From contig NC_045713.1 of NCBI RefSeq assembly GCF_009834535.1, positions 19,282,001 through 19,346,000 of the forward strand: DNA of 64,000 nt, given 5' to 3'. Origin of the DNA: Camelus ferus (Eukaryota). The position numbers were made by a program, and so were the translations under genes. The notes beneath the pieces are model-generated. The model had not been told where the DNA came from. It did no database searches and worked only from the letters and a program-made list of their open reading frames with translations. This document shows, one piece after another, positions 13,200-28,821 of this stretch (its first letter is position 1; each line of letters opens with the position of its first letter).

Positions 13200-14745
13200 G
13201 CTGGTCGAGCGGAAAGTACTGGAAAGCCCTTCCCATGAGACCTACACTCTGACCCAATACAAACTTTCCTCTTCTTGCTCTCACCTGATTTTTAGGAAAC
13301 CCACCTTCTTTGATATCTAACAACCAACTTGATATCCTAGATGACCCCTTCCTTTCTCGGGTTCCTAACAACAACCAGGCTCCTTCTCTATGTCCTTCAT
13401 TGTCTCCTCCTCCAACCGGCCCAGCCCTGGGACTCCTCCAACACCTTCCTCTCCTTCCCCAGTCTCTCTCTCCCTGGGTCCAGTGACTGCTGAATGCCCT
13501 TCCCCATTCCCAGTTCCCCCTCCATATCAGACCCCCTTCCCCCACTACATACTAGATCAGGTATTTAAGACACGACAGAACCAACACCCCCAGTTAAGAT
13601 GAATATCTCAGAAGTCTCAAAACAAGATAGCACACTGACCCTTCGTGAGGTTGCTAATGGCGAGGCAGGTACCATTCAGGTCCATGTCCCTTTCCCAGCC
13701 AGGTTGGGCTCTTTTAGCCAGGACCCTTCTCGTTTTATACAAGAATTTCAAGCTCTCGCTATAGCCTTTGATTTGACCTGGCAGGATATATTTGTCATTT
13801 TCTCCACTTGTTGTACTCAGGAAGAAAAAGCTCGCATTTGCTCCTTGGCTCAGTGCTGGGCTGACGAGGTTCACACTCGAGCCATCCAAAATCCTGACAC
13901 TGAAGACACATCTAGGTCTGGAAAAGAATCAGTCCCTGACTCAGATCCCCACTGGACATATCAGGAAAGGGACCCCCTGGAAAACATATTGTAATCATAT
14001 GACTACTTGTTTATTAGAAAGAATGAAAAAGGCCATAATAACTCTATTAATTATACCAAACCGAGAGAGATTACTCAGACACCTGACAAAAATCCAGCCC
14101 TCTTCCACTCCAGGCTGGCGGAGGCCGTGTGAAAATACGCTAATCTTGATCCTGAAAGTGCAGAGGGCCTTGCAATACCAGAAGTTCATTTCATTAGTCA
14201 GGCCTCCCCAGACATTAGACAAAAACTTCAAAAGCTTGAACAGGGCCCACAAACTCCTTTTCCTGTCCTATTAGATATGGCCTTTAAGGTCTTTAACAAC
14301 AGGGAGGAGACATCAAAGGTTGAACAGGAGAGAAAAGAAAAAAAAAAGGACAAACGGCAAGATAAATATATGGCCGCCGTCACTGCTAGTGTCCTACCAG
14401 CACCACCTGAGCCGGGTAACGAGAGCCAGCATTTCCCAGAGGGAGCCTCCTCCGGGACAAGCCCCCATCTGTTTCCACTGCCAACAGCCTGCACGTCTGC
14501 GAGGAGACTCTAGAGCTCCTCGGGGGCCCTGCCCTGTCTGCAAGGAAAAGGGACACTGAAGGCAGGATGTCCCTCTCTCCCTCTTGCAGGAGGGCCATCC
14601 CAGAGCCAAGGACCTGTGCCAAGGATGACACCCCTGCCCCAGGGCACTCCTGGGGCTAAACCTGTAAGAAACCAACAGATGCCCCCAACTCTGTTCCTTG
14701 ATTATGAGGAGCCAGGTAACAACGAGGGGGAAGATGACTCTCTCT
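13200..14745 (+). pseudogene. gag: ERV gag (disrupted)
   Basis: CA motif VHVPF..LGSFSQDPSRFIQEFQALAIAFDLTWQD (~13680); MHR-region ITQTPDKNPALFHSRLAEAV*KY...HFISQASPDIRQKLQKLEQGPQTP...AFKVFNNREE; NC knuckle CPVCKEKGH* at 14530-14559. The 5' boundary is approximate. Confidence 0.88.
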
Positions 14746-14759
14746 TCTGGGACAGACAG

Positions 14760-17700
14760 AGCCCAGAGGCCATGCAGGCTCCCATGCTTTCCATCTCAAT
14801 GGCAGAGCCTTGGGAGACCTTGGATAGGCAGGAAAGTTCATTCAGTTTCTAGTTGACATTGGAGCCACTTACTCCACCTTAATTAGTTTTTCTGGACCAA
14901 CACTTCGGTCCTGGATCCTCCTTACCAGGATAGATGGCCATCCACAAACTGGCTGTTTCACCTCACTGTTAGTTTGTACTCTTGAAAAATTTACTTTTAC
15001 TCATGCCTTTCTTGTTCTCCCTGAATGACCCACCCCCTTATTAGGGAGAACTATTATGACTAAGCTTTAGGCCAGCCTCCACTTGCCAGAGTGTGTCTGT
15101 CCTTTGTTAGCCCTGGCTCAGGGCCCACAAGAGACACCTTTTGCTATTTACCAACAAGTGTCTCTGGAGGTCTGGGACATAACAACCCCAGGGAGGTCCC
15201 TTTTTGCAAAACCTGTACAAATTCAATGAAAAGATCCTACCTTTTTACCTTGAAAATCTCAATACCCTCCTAAGCCCAAGGCCTGGAGAGGCCTCCAGCC
15301 CTTAATCACCAAATTCCTTGCAACGGGACTGTTGCGTTCTTGTAACTCTCCATGCAACACCCCCATCCTAGCTGTGAAAAAGGCTGATGGGACATCCAGG
15401 ATGGTACAAGATATCAGGGCCATCAACTGAGGCTGTGATACCCATACATCCCATTGTGCCAAACCCTTTTATACTCCTAGGACAAATTCCTGCTGAGGCC
15501 TCTTGGTACTCCATGTTAGACCTTAAGGATGCTTTCTTCTGCATCTCTGTACACCCTGACTCTCAATTTCTTTTTGCTTTCTAATGGCAGGATTTAGAAA
15601 CCCAAGTATCCCAACAGTTAACTTGGACAGTTCTGCCCCAGGGATATAGAGACAGTCCCCATTTATTCGGATCTTTACCTCTAGCTAAAGAGCTCTCTAC
15701 CTTAGTTTTCTCTGGGCGGTGCCTCACTTCAGTATGTAGATGACCTCCTAATATATAGTCCTCATAAAGATTCTTCTGACTTAAACACTATAATGATATG
15801 ACAAAAACTAGCCTCATGTGGGTATAAAGTTTCTCTCTAAGGCCCAAATTTCAACTCAGAAGGTACAGTTCCTGGGCCTCATAGAAACCTAGGAATGAAG
15901 AGTTCGCCAGTCCAGAGAAAAAGTCTAATTTTAGACATGGGGACTCCAGCAACTAAACAATAACTCAGATCTTTCCTGGGAATGGCAAGAGTTCATAGGA
16001 CCTGGATACCCCAATTTGGCCTCATAGCAAAGCCGCTCTATGAAGCTTTATGGGGACCAGAAAATGAGCCATTAGAATGGACCCCTGAGATGGACCAAGC
16101 ATTGCAAATTCTCAAACAGGCTCTTACAGCGCCCCAGCTTTAGCTTTGCCTAATCTACAAAAGCCCTGTATCCTGTTTGTACATGTCACCCCGGGAGTTC
16201 TTAAACAAGCATTGGGACCCACCCAGCAGCCTGAAGCATACCTCTCTAAAAATTTGGACCCTGTGTCCCAGGGATGGCCCCCTTGCCTCAGAGCTCTAGA
16301 CTCTGTGGCCCTGTTAGTCGAAGAGGTATCCACATTGACTCTGGGACAACCATTAACTACCTATACAGCCCACCAAGTAATGGATATTCTAAATTCAAAG
16401 GCTTCTCACTGGGTCTCTGACGGTTAGATCACCAAATATCAAACACTACTCTTAGAGACTCCTGTACTTAGTATTAAACTGTGTCAAACTCTTAACCCCG
16501 CCTCTTTCCTTCCTAATCCGAATCATAACTCCTCTATAAAACACTCAGGCCTTGAGATACTAGATTTAACTTGTGCGGCTAGATCAGACTTTCAGGATAA
16601 ACCGCTCCAGGACCCTGACGACACCTGGTTTACTGATGGCAGTAGTTTTATATTAAATGGGGTTTGATTGTCTGGCTATGCCATTGTAAGTCTTACCAAA
16701 GGTATAGAATCAGGGCCCCTTCTGGGAGGCTCCACTTCTGCTTAAAAGGCTAAACTCATAGCTCTCACTCGGGCTTTACATTCGGGCCAGGAATGAAGTT
16801 AAATATTTACACTGATTCATCGTATGCCTTTCATGTTGTTCACGCACATGCCGCCATTTGGCAAGAAAGAGGTCTTCTCACAGCACAAAATGCACCCATT
16901 AGACATGCTTCAGAAATCTTAAACTTGTGAGAAGCCGTTATCTTCCCACAAAGGTGGCAGTGATTCACTGTCAAGCACATCAAAGGGTAACTGATGAGAT
17001 TTCCCAAGGAAATCACAAAGCAGACAGTCCAGAGAGGCAGCAGGACTTCCTATACAGGCAACTTTATTTCCAACTTTTACACTAATGGCTCCTCAATATA
17101 CTGAGAGAGAAATTCAAGAGGCAACAAAAGTGGGGTTTACCTTCACTCTTGAAGAAAAATGGCTTAAAAGCCCCAAGTGTATAATTATTACTCCCTAGGG
17201 CCTTATAATGGAAAATGTTACAAAATCTCCACCAATCTACCCACTTAGGGGCAAAGAACCTACAGGACTTAATACAACCTCTTTTTGTGGGAAAGGGAAT
17301 TTTTCAAACCCTATGCGACATCTCCCGCGCACGTCCAACTTGTCAGGTCAACAATGAAGGAAATGTTAGGCCACCCCACCTCTCCACCCAGTTCAGAGGA
17401 AAGGTACCCTTGGAGAGGTACCAGGAGAAGAATGGCAAATAGATTTCACTCATATGCCTCCATGTAAGACCCTAGAATATCTCCTGGTATTTTTTTTTAT
17501 GGGGGGAGGTACTTAGGTTTATTTATTTATTTAATGGAGGTACTAGGAATTGAACCCAGGACCTCATGCATGCTAGGCATTCACTCTACCAATAAGCTAT
17601 ACCCCCCACCTTCTCCTGGTATTTATAGAGACTTTCACAGGATGGATTGAAGCCTTCCCCACAAAAACAGAGAGGGCATCAGAAGTAACTACTGCTTTGC

Positions 17701-18435
17701 TGGATCGTATTACTCCCTGTTTTGACCTACCCTGCTCCTTCCAATCAGACAATCGCCCAAATTTTGTTTCTCAAATAACTCGAGGGGTGGCAGAAGCCCT
17801 ACAAATTGAACATCCCTTACCTGCCGCATGGCACTCCCAGTCCTCTGGTAAAGTGGAAAGAGCCAACCAAACAATAAAAAGAATCCTAACAAAGGTTATG
17901 CAAGAAACTCAGCAGTCCCGGCCCACTCTTCTCTGTACTGCTTTGTTACGAACACAAATTGCTCCAAAGGCTGAATCTCATTTAAGCCCTTTTGAGCTCC
18001 TTTATGGCAGGCCTTTCCTCCAAACAGATTTACTAACAGATGCTGAGGGTCACTACCTTGCTCGATACGTGACAACTTTAAGTCAAACTGTAAAGGCTCT
18101 TCATGAATATCACAATCATATAAATCCAAAGCCTGATCCCAATTTTCAGGGAAACTCCCATCCAAAAACTTGTTCCCAGGGACTGGGTTTATCTCAGAAC
18201 TCTTCCACAGGACAAGCAGGCATTTCAGCCAGTTTGGATGTGGCCTTAGCAGGTACTTCTGACCACTCCACCACAATGAAGTGAAACTAGACAGGCTCAC
18301 TCCTTGGATACACCTGTCCCGTGTAAAAGGTTGCCGCCCCGCCGCCGGCATTAAAAATGGGTGAGGCATCACCAACAAATACCTCGTCCAGCTGTGAGCC
18401 TCTGGAGGCTCTCTGCCTACTGTTCAAACGCAAAT
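14760..18435 (+). pseudogene. pol: ERV pro-pol (protease, RT, RNase H, integrase; disrupted, SINE inserted in integrase)
   Basis: FLVDIGATYS (14855); [10 protein letters not shown]; WTVLPQGYRDSP; QYVDDLL (YVDD 15733-15744); WFTDGSSF (16626); LHQSTHLG; WQIDFTHMP (17433); QSDN; SSGKVERANQT; C-terminal CEPLEALCLLFKR. Confidence 0.95.
17493..17611 (-). mobile_element. tRNA-derived SINE inserted into ERV integrase
   Basis: Antisense Vic-1-like SINE flanked by a perfect 13-bp TSD TCTCCTGGTATTT (17480-17492, 17612-17624); removing it rejoins ...EYLLV-FIETFTGWIEAFP. Confidence 0.93.
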
Positions 18436-18617
18436 CGGTGATGCTAGTCCCAATTCCTAGCTTAATGCATGCCACCTGCTGGGCTGATGCCAGCCAGCCC
18501 TGGACCTTGCCTTCTTACCCACATCTTCTTACCAGCGCTCTGCCTCACTATACTTCCTGTTTGCTGTTGTCCCAGCCGCGCTAATCCCTGCATTTCTCAC
18601 CCTTGCTCTAGCTGCCC

Positions 18618-18797
18618 ATGAGTTCCTCACTTGATGTCTTTTATGAAATTGTTCTTTCAGAATTAACTACAATCCCCGCCGAAGATCTTCTCTCTTTCTC
18701 TGCAACTCAATTCAGGGATTTCATTTTTGATCTATATCTTCAAGGCAGTTCAACCAATTTTACATCTGATGAGATTAATCTCTATTTAGAGTATTAA
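18618..18797 (+). CDS. Candidate 59-aa ERV accessory ORF between pol and env (hypothetical)
   Basis: ATG 18618 to TAA 18797, uninterrupted: MSSSLDVFYEIVLSELTTIPAEDLLSFSATQFRDFIFDLYLQGSSTNFTSDEINLYLEY. Just under the apparent 60-aa cutoff of the ORF track. Coding status unproven. Confidence 0.35.
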   Translation: MSSSLDVFYEIVLSELTTIPAEDLLSFSATQFRDFIFDLYLQGSSTNFTSDEINLYLEY

Positions 18798-18799
18798 AA

Positions 18800-20194
18800 A
18801 TGACACTCCTCTTTGTTCTGACTCTCCTCTTCACTTTACCTCTACTGTTACAGGAAACAGTTTCTTAGAATGGGCCTTCACATATGCTAGTACATTTAAC
18901 TACTCTAACTGCTGGGTTTGTGGCCGACCTGGTGTCTGCATTCTCTGGGTTGCCATGGTGGGTTTCACCCCTACAAGGATCTGATTGGAAAGAGTTTTCC
19001 ACACTTATTCGTCAATTGATATTTGCTATGAATGAAAACACAACTCGTCATGACACCTTAAACCCTCTGCCCTGTAAAGATTTTGAATTTCTATATGAAA
19101 TTTCTAACTATGATCCATCAAAATGGCCTATAGAAAACACCACTAATTTGCCAGGCCACAATTTTTCATTCTCTTGAACGGCCACAATTCAGGGAATGGA
19201 TAAGTTACCTAAAATGCCACACCAGAGAAGGTCTGGAGATGTTCAAAGTCCTCGTGAGTAGCAGAAGGCTTCAACCAACTAAGGGATGGAGCTAACTGGT
19301 TAATGCCCAAATATGGCAGATTGAGCATAAAAACTCCCCTGTGTTGGGAACAAAAAAATCATTCCTTGTCTCAGTGGCTAACTCCGCTCGACATCTGGGA
19401 TGCATTCTTTTAAAATAATGTGTTCATCGTATAATTTTATAGGCTACTGATTATCTGGCCACCAAATGGCAATTTAAACCGTGGCAATACAGACACACCA
19501 TATGGCCAGCCCCCAGTGGAACTCACTGGATCCGTGGCATTAACCTCTGGCCATGGTTGCCCCCAGGATGGATTGCTTGATGAACTTTGGGCTTCCCCTG
19601 GGCACAGGAACACAGATATTCCACCCTACAAAGTACAAAAATTGCAAATTTTCCTTTTATGCATGCCCGGTGGTCCCGATCTGTTTTTAAATGATATGAT
19701 CACCTAATACATTTTTATTTTTCCTCCAGTTGTCCTGGAAGATGTAATTCTGCATGTGGAAGCCTTAACAAAATCTATACAACAAGCACGAAATGATACC
19801 AGAGAAAGTATATTTTTGGTCAATACAGAAATGACCTTAATGAGGAGAACGATTTTGCAAAATCACATGGCTTTTGATATCCTCACAGCTTCCCAGGCGG
19901 GCACATGTACAATAATACTACTGAACGCTGCCCCCATCTCCCTGGTGTGTGGTAATGTCACTTCGCTCCTCACTCAACTACAGAGTGACATAAGTACTCT
20001 AGGGGATAGCAATGCTCACAGCAAAGAGGTTAACAAACAATTTTCTGACATGCTCTAATAGTTTTTTTTGGATTCCAGAGGGAATAAGGTCCTTTTTCAC
20101 AGGGATTTTAAAATTTCCCCTCTCCATCCTTTTCTTGAGATTGGCTATTTATCTTGTATGCATTTATTCTTTATGTTGTTTCCCTCTCTTATAA
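18800..20194 (+). pseudogene. env: ERV env (gamma-type, EnvP(b)/HERV-IP-like; disrupted)
   Basis: Signal peptide MTLLFVLTLLF from ATG 18800; NSFLEWA..NCWVCG (CXXC 18910-18921); LPWWVSPLQGSDW; NLWPWLPPGW; cleavage site RWSR/SVF (19668-19679); ISD LQNHMAFDILTASQAGTC (19855-19908); degenerate CX6CC; hydrophobic anchor ~20120-20190. Stops at 19578, 19581 and elsewhere, plus several frameshifts. Confidence 0.9.
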
Positions 20195-20499
20195 AAACAA
20201 TTGTCTCTCTCTTTGAGGTCCAAGCTCCAAAGAAACAAAAACAGACGTCTCTCGCAAGCAAGAGATGCCATGGCCCTTACCAACGGGATGCAGCCCTTGG
20301 ATGTCGAAGGGGGTTATTTTCAGGCTGCCCCTTAGGCAGTCAGATTTTGGGGAGGACCATCTTGGCCCCACACCCTGAACAGATTAGCACGATAGTTAGG
20401 GACAGCTTGACACTCATGTTCAGCAAGAAGTAGTTCCAGAAGAAAGAGACCTCCACCCATGTTCCAAAGATTTGTCACTGCCAATCTGTCAGGGGGAAA

Positions 20500-21045
20500 T
20501 GTGGAGCCGGCTGGCTGGCGTTCTCTAAAGCCACTCCAAAGTCCATAAAACCCCCACTCCTGGGCTCTCCATGTGCCTGGGGCCCACTGGCACCCTTAAC
20601 CCCCACCCCCCACTTCAGGACCCCCCACATACCTGCATTTCTGCAAGACAAAAACATCTCCCTTGACGTATGTTTGCCCTAACAAAACTAACCGCCCCCA
20701 GGAAATGGCCAATCTCACAACACCCTAGGCAGACAGGCCTCACGGCACATCTGCCCTTATAAGAGCCGTAAATCCCTTTCCTCAGAGTAGCCCCTGACAA
20801 GTCTTACAATCAATCAGGTAGCTGTGCACTAACTGATCATGCAGTGCCCCCCCCCTTGTGTTCACAGCCCCTTCCCCCTAATAAAAGACCCTGCACCTTC
20901 CCCCTCGGCGCTCACACCTCTCGTCTGTGTGGCCCACTGTTGCCTAGAGCAGCGTATCCATTAAACTCTCCTTTGTCTCTTAAACGTTCTATGTTTCTGG
21001 TAAATTCTTTTACTGCCCTTGCACTGCCCGCCATGTCCCCCAACA
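20500..21045 (+). repeat. ERV 3' LTR (546 bp)
   Basis: Direct repeat of the 5' LTR, preceded by the PPT; ATTAAA at 20960-20965; CCAAT box changed to TCAAT. Confidence 0.95.
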
Positions 21046-21095
21046 TAGTTGATTTACCATGTTGTATTAGTTTCAGGTATACGGCAAAGTGATTT

Positions 21096-21126
<31 letters not shown>

Positions 21127-21295
21127 GGTTTTTTTTTTCAGATTATTTTCCATTACAGGTTATTATAAGATATTAAATATAGCTCCCCGTGTTATACAGT
21201 AAATCCTTGTTGCTTATCTATTTTATGTATGTTTGTATCTGTTAATCCCATACTCCTAATTTATCCCCCTCCCCTTTCCCCTTGGGTAACCATAA
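21046..21295 (-). mobile_element. LINE-1 3' end fragment split by the ERV (other part at ~12139-12172)
   Basis: poly-T-AATTGATGTATAGTT left of the ERV continues as GATTTACCATGTTGTATTAGTTTCAGGTATAC... right of it, forming a contiguous antisense L1 3' terminus. Confidence 0.85.
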
Positions 21296-22888
21296 CTAAC
21301 TTCCTTCCTTTGTATGACAAATACTTACTGACCACCTACTGGATGTCAGTGAACCAGATAGTAAGGAGTCCTGTTGTAGCAGAGTGAATATTCTAGGGCA
21401 GGAGGCAAACTAACAAGTAAGCAAGCAGACTTTAGGATGGGGGCAAATGCTAGGAGGGAAATAAAACAGGGGTGTAAGATTCAAAGTACCTGGTGGGTCA
21501 GGGAAGGACTCTCTGAGGAAGTAACATTTGAACTGAGGCTTGAGCCACAGCAAGGAGCCAGTGGAGCGAAGAGCCGAGTAGAGAGATCCAGGAAGAAGAG
21601 CAGCAAGTGCAAAGGCCCTGAGCTGGGGCAGAGTGGCAGAGGGCTGAGGCGGGAGATGCCGGCAGGGGCAGCTTCCCTCAGGCCCTTGGAGGCCATGGTA
21701 CGGAGCGCTTACTTTGGTAGAGATGAAAGTGGCTGCAGTGTTCTAAGTTGGGGGCTGACACGCTCCAGCAAGAAGACTCAGCATGTGAGGCAGCTGGGAA
21801 GCTGGTGAACGGGATTGGAGAGATTTTGTTGAGTGAAAGGCAGATGGGGTCCTGCCCCCTCGCCTGTTCCATTCCCCTGATGCCCCACTCTACTCCCTCC
21901 CAGCCAACCCAACCTGACCAAAGAGAAGTGAGGGCCCTGCCAGCTGGGGGGGGGTCCCCTGGGGTTTGCCCGAGGCAAACAGGAAGTCACAGCTCAGTGA
22001 GACTTGCCTGGGAACCAGCAACTGAGAGAGCAGGTCTCCTGGGTCCCTGGCCCTTTTCCCTGAGTGATGGCAGCAGTGACACAGAGATTCACAGGCAGAG
22101 GCAGGGAGAGGCGAAGAGAGAGAGAGATAGGGGGTGTTTGGCAAAAGAACAGAGTTAACTTTAAGAGTTAAGACTCCTGGGTTCTAGTGCCCAGTTGTAC
22201 CCCCAGCCCAATGTGTGATCTCAGGCACCACTCTGCCCTTTGAGGAGGCTTCATTCAGCTGGAGCAGCAGAATGGCTTGAGCCCTTAGCCATTCACGGAT
22301 GCTGTCTCTCAGATCTTGCTGTGTGCTGTGCTGGGTGGAAAATGCCGAACATGTATTGCCCTGTTTAATCTCCACAAAAGCTATTTTGATAGTACTATTC
22401 TTATCCTCAGTTTACAGAGAAAGAAACTAAGGCTAAGAGACATGAAGACATTTAGCCAAGTGGTGGAGGTGGAGGATTCAGACTCAGGTCTGCCGTATGT
22501 GTGATAGGCTGGGAGTATGGAGATGGAAGAAAGCCTAGGAAATGTCAGCTGAATGAATGAAGAGGCCGTGTGTGAAGGGAAGTGAATTCAGAGCCTGAGG
22601 TTGAAGGGTGGCGGGGGCATGTAGGAGGAGGAGGGAGGACACTCATTCAACAAAGATTTCTTGGGTGCCTACAATGTGCCAACCGCTGTTCCAGGGCACT
22701 GTGTGTACAGTCATGAACAGGGTGGAGTCTCTGCTGCAAGGGGCTTACAGTCAAATGAGGGGAACAGAAAGCCATCAAGTAAGTAGACACGCAAATAAGA
22801 TCATTTCACATGACAAATGCTGGGATGAAAATAAAAGTGTAGCAGGGAGGAGGCGAGTTTTGCGGTTCTGGAGGGGTGCATGGAGAAA

Positions 22889-22965
22889 GGGCCTGAGGCG
22901 TGACCACCCCTTCCTCTCGGGGGGACTGCCCACCCGCCCCCACAGACGCCCATGGTTCAGTGCCC
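22889..22965 (+). promoter_or_regulatory. CD19 promoter with two PAX5 (BSAP)-type sites
   Basis: GGGCCTGAGGCGTGACCACC (22889-22908) and CAGACGCCCATGGTTCAGTGCCC (22943-22965) closely match my recollection of the human CD19-2 and CD19-1 BSAP sites; no TATA box seen. Confidence 0.75.
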
Positions 22966-23032
22966 ACCAGGTTCCCGCCTACCCCAGCATCCCCCGCGCG
23001 TGAGGCTGGGCGCCCCAGGGAGTCTGACCACC

Positions 23033-28498
<5,466 letters not shown>

Positions 28499-28815
28499 TT
28501 CCCTCCAGGTGAGCTGGGAACTGCCCTCTAAGGATGGGAAAGAAGGAAGGAGAAAAGCAGGGGTGGAAGTGAGATTCTGGTTCTCAGGAAGGGAGAAGGG
28601 AAAGGGTTTCCAAGGCTGATGCTCAGGCTCCTGGACCCTTCCCCATCACCATTTTCTCCATATAGCCTGGGCTTCCTCAGGCCCCTGAGATCCACACCAG
28701 ACTCTGAAATCCGGGACCCCAAGCAGATGGTGTCGGCCTCTGGAGCAGTGTTACTCAGGATGTCTACCCGTGTGTGTGTACACAAGTGAAGCTTTGACCC
28801 ACTTTGCACTTCCCA

Positions 28816-28821
28816 GATAAA
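28816..28821 (+). terminator. CD19 poly(A) signal (variant GATAAA)
   Basis: CCCAGATAAACTCAGTGAGCTCTTCCAA aligns with the remembered human TTAAATAAACTCAATGAGCTCTTCCAA. Confidence 0.55.

Larger units (their letters stand above)
12173..21045 (+). mobile_element. Full-length defective class I (gamma-like, ERV1) endogenous retrovirus, LTR-gag-pro-pol-env-LTR
   Basis: Paired TG...CA LTRs (12173-12722, 20500-21045); TAGTT TSD at 12168-12172 and 21046-21050; PBS just after the 5' LTR; PPT AGGGGGAAA at 20491-20499; recognisable CA, MHR, zinc-knuckle, PR, RT, RNase H, IN, SU and TM motifs with many stops and frameshifts. Confidence 0.97.

Noticed and set aside
14745-14770. gag terminator apparently changed (GAC AGA CAG where related ERVs have GAC TGA), implying a gag-pro fusion
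   Set aside because: A single substitution in a provirus with ~8% LTR divergence cannot be told apart from neutral decay without the family consensus.
18800-20194. env as a domesticated intact syncytin-like gene
   Set aside because: Frameshift just after the signal peptide, tandem TGA stops at 19578-19583, further stops and a broken CX6CC; not an intact ORF.
13200-20194. APOBEC3 G-to-A hypermutation of the provirus
   Set aside because: A few TGG-to-TGA stops are visible, but CpG decay and indels are equally evident; a consensus-based test (Hypermut) is needed.
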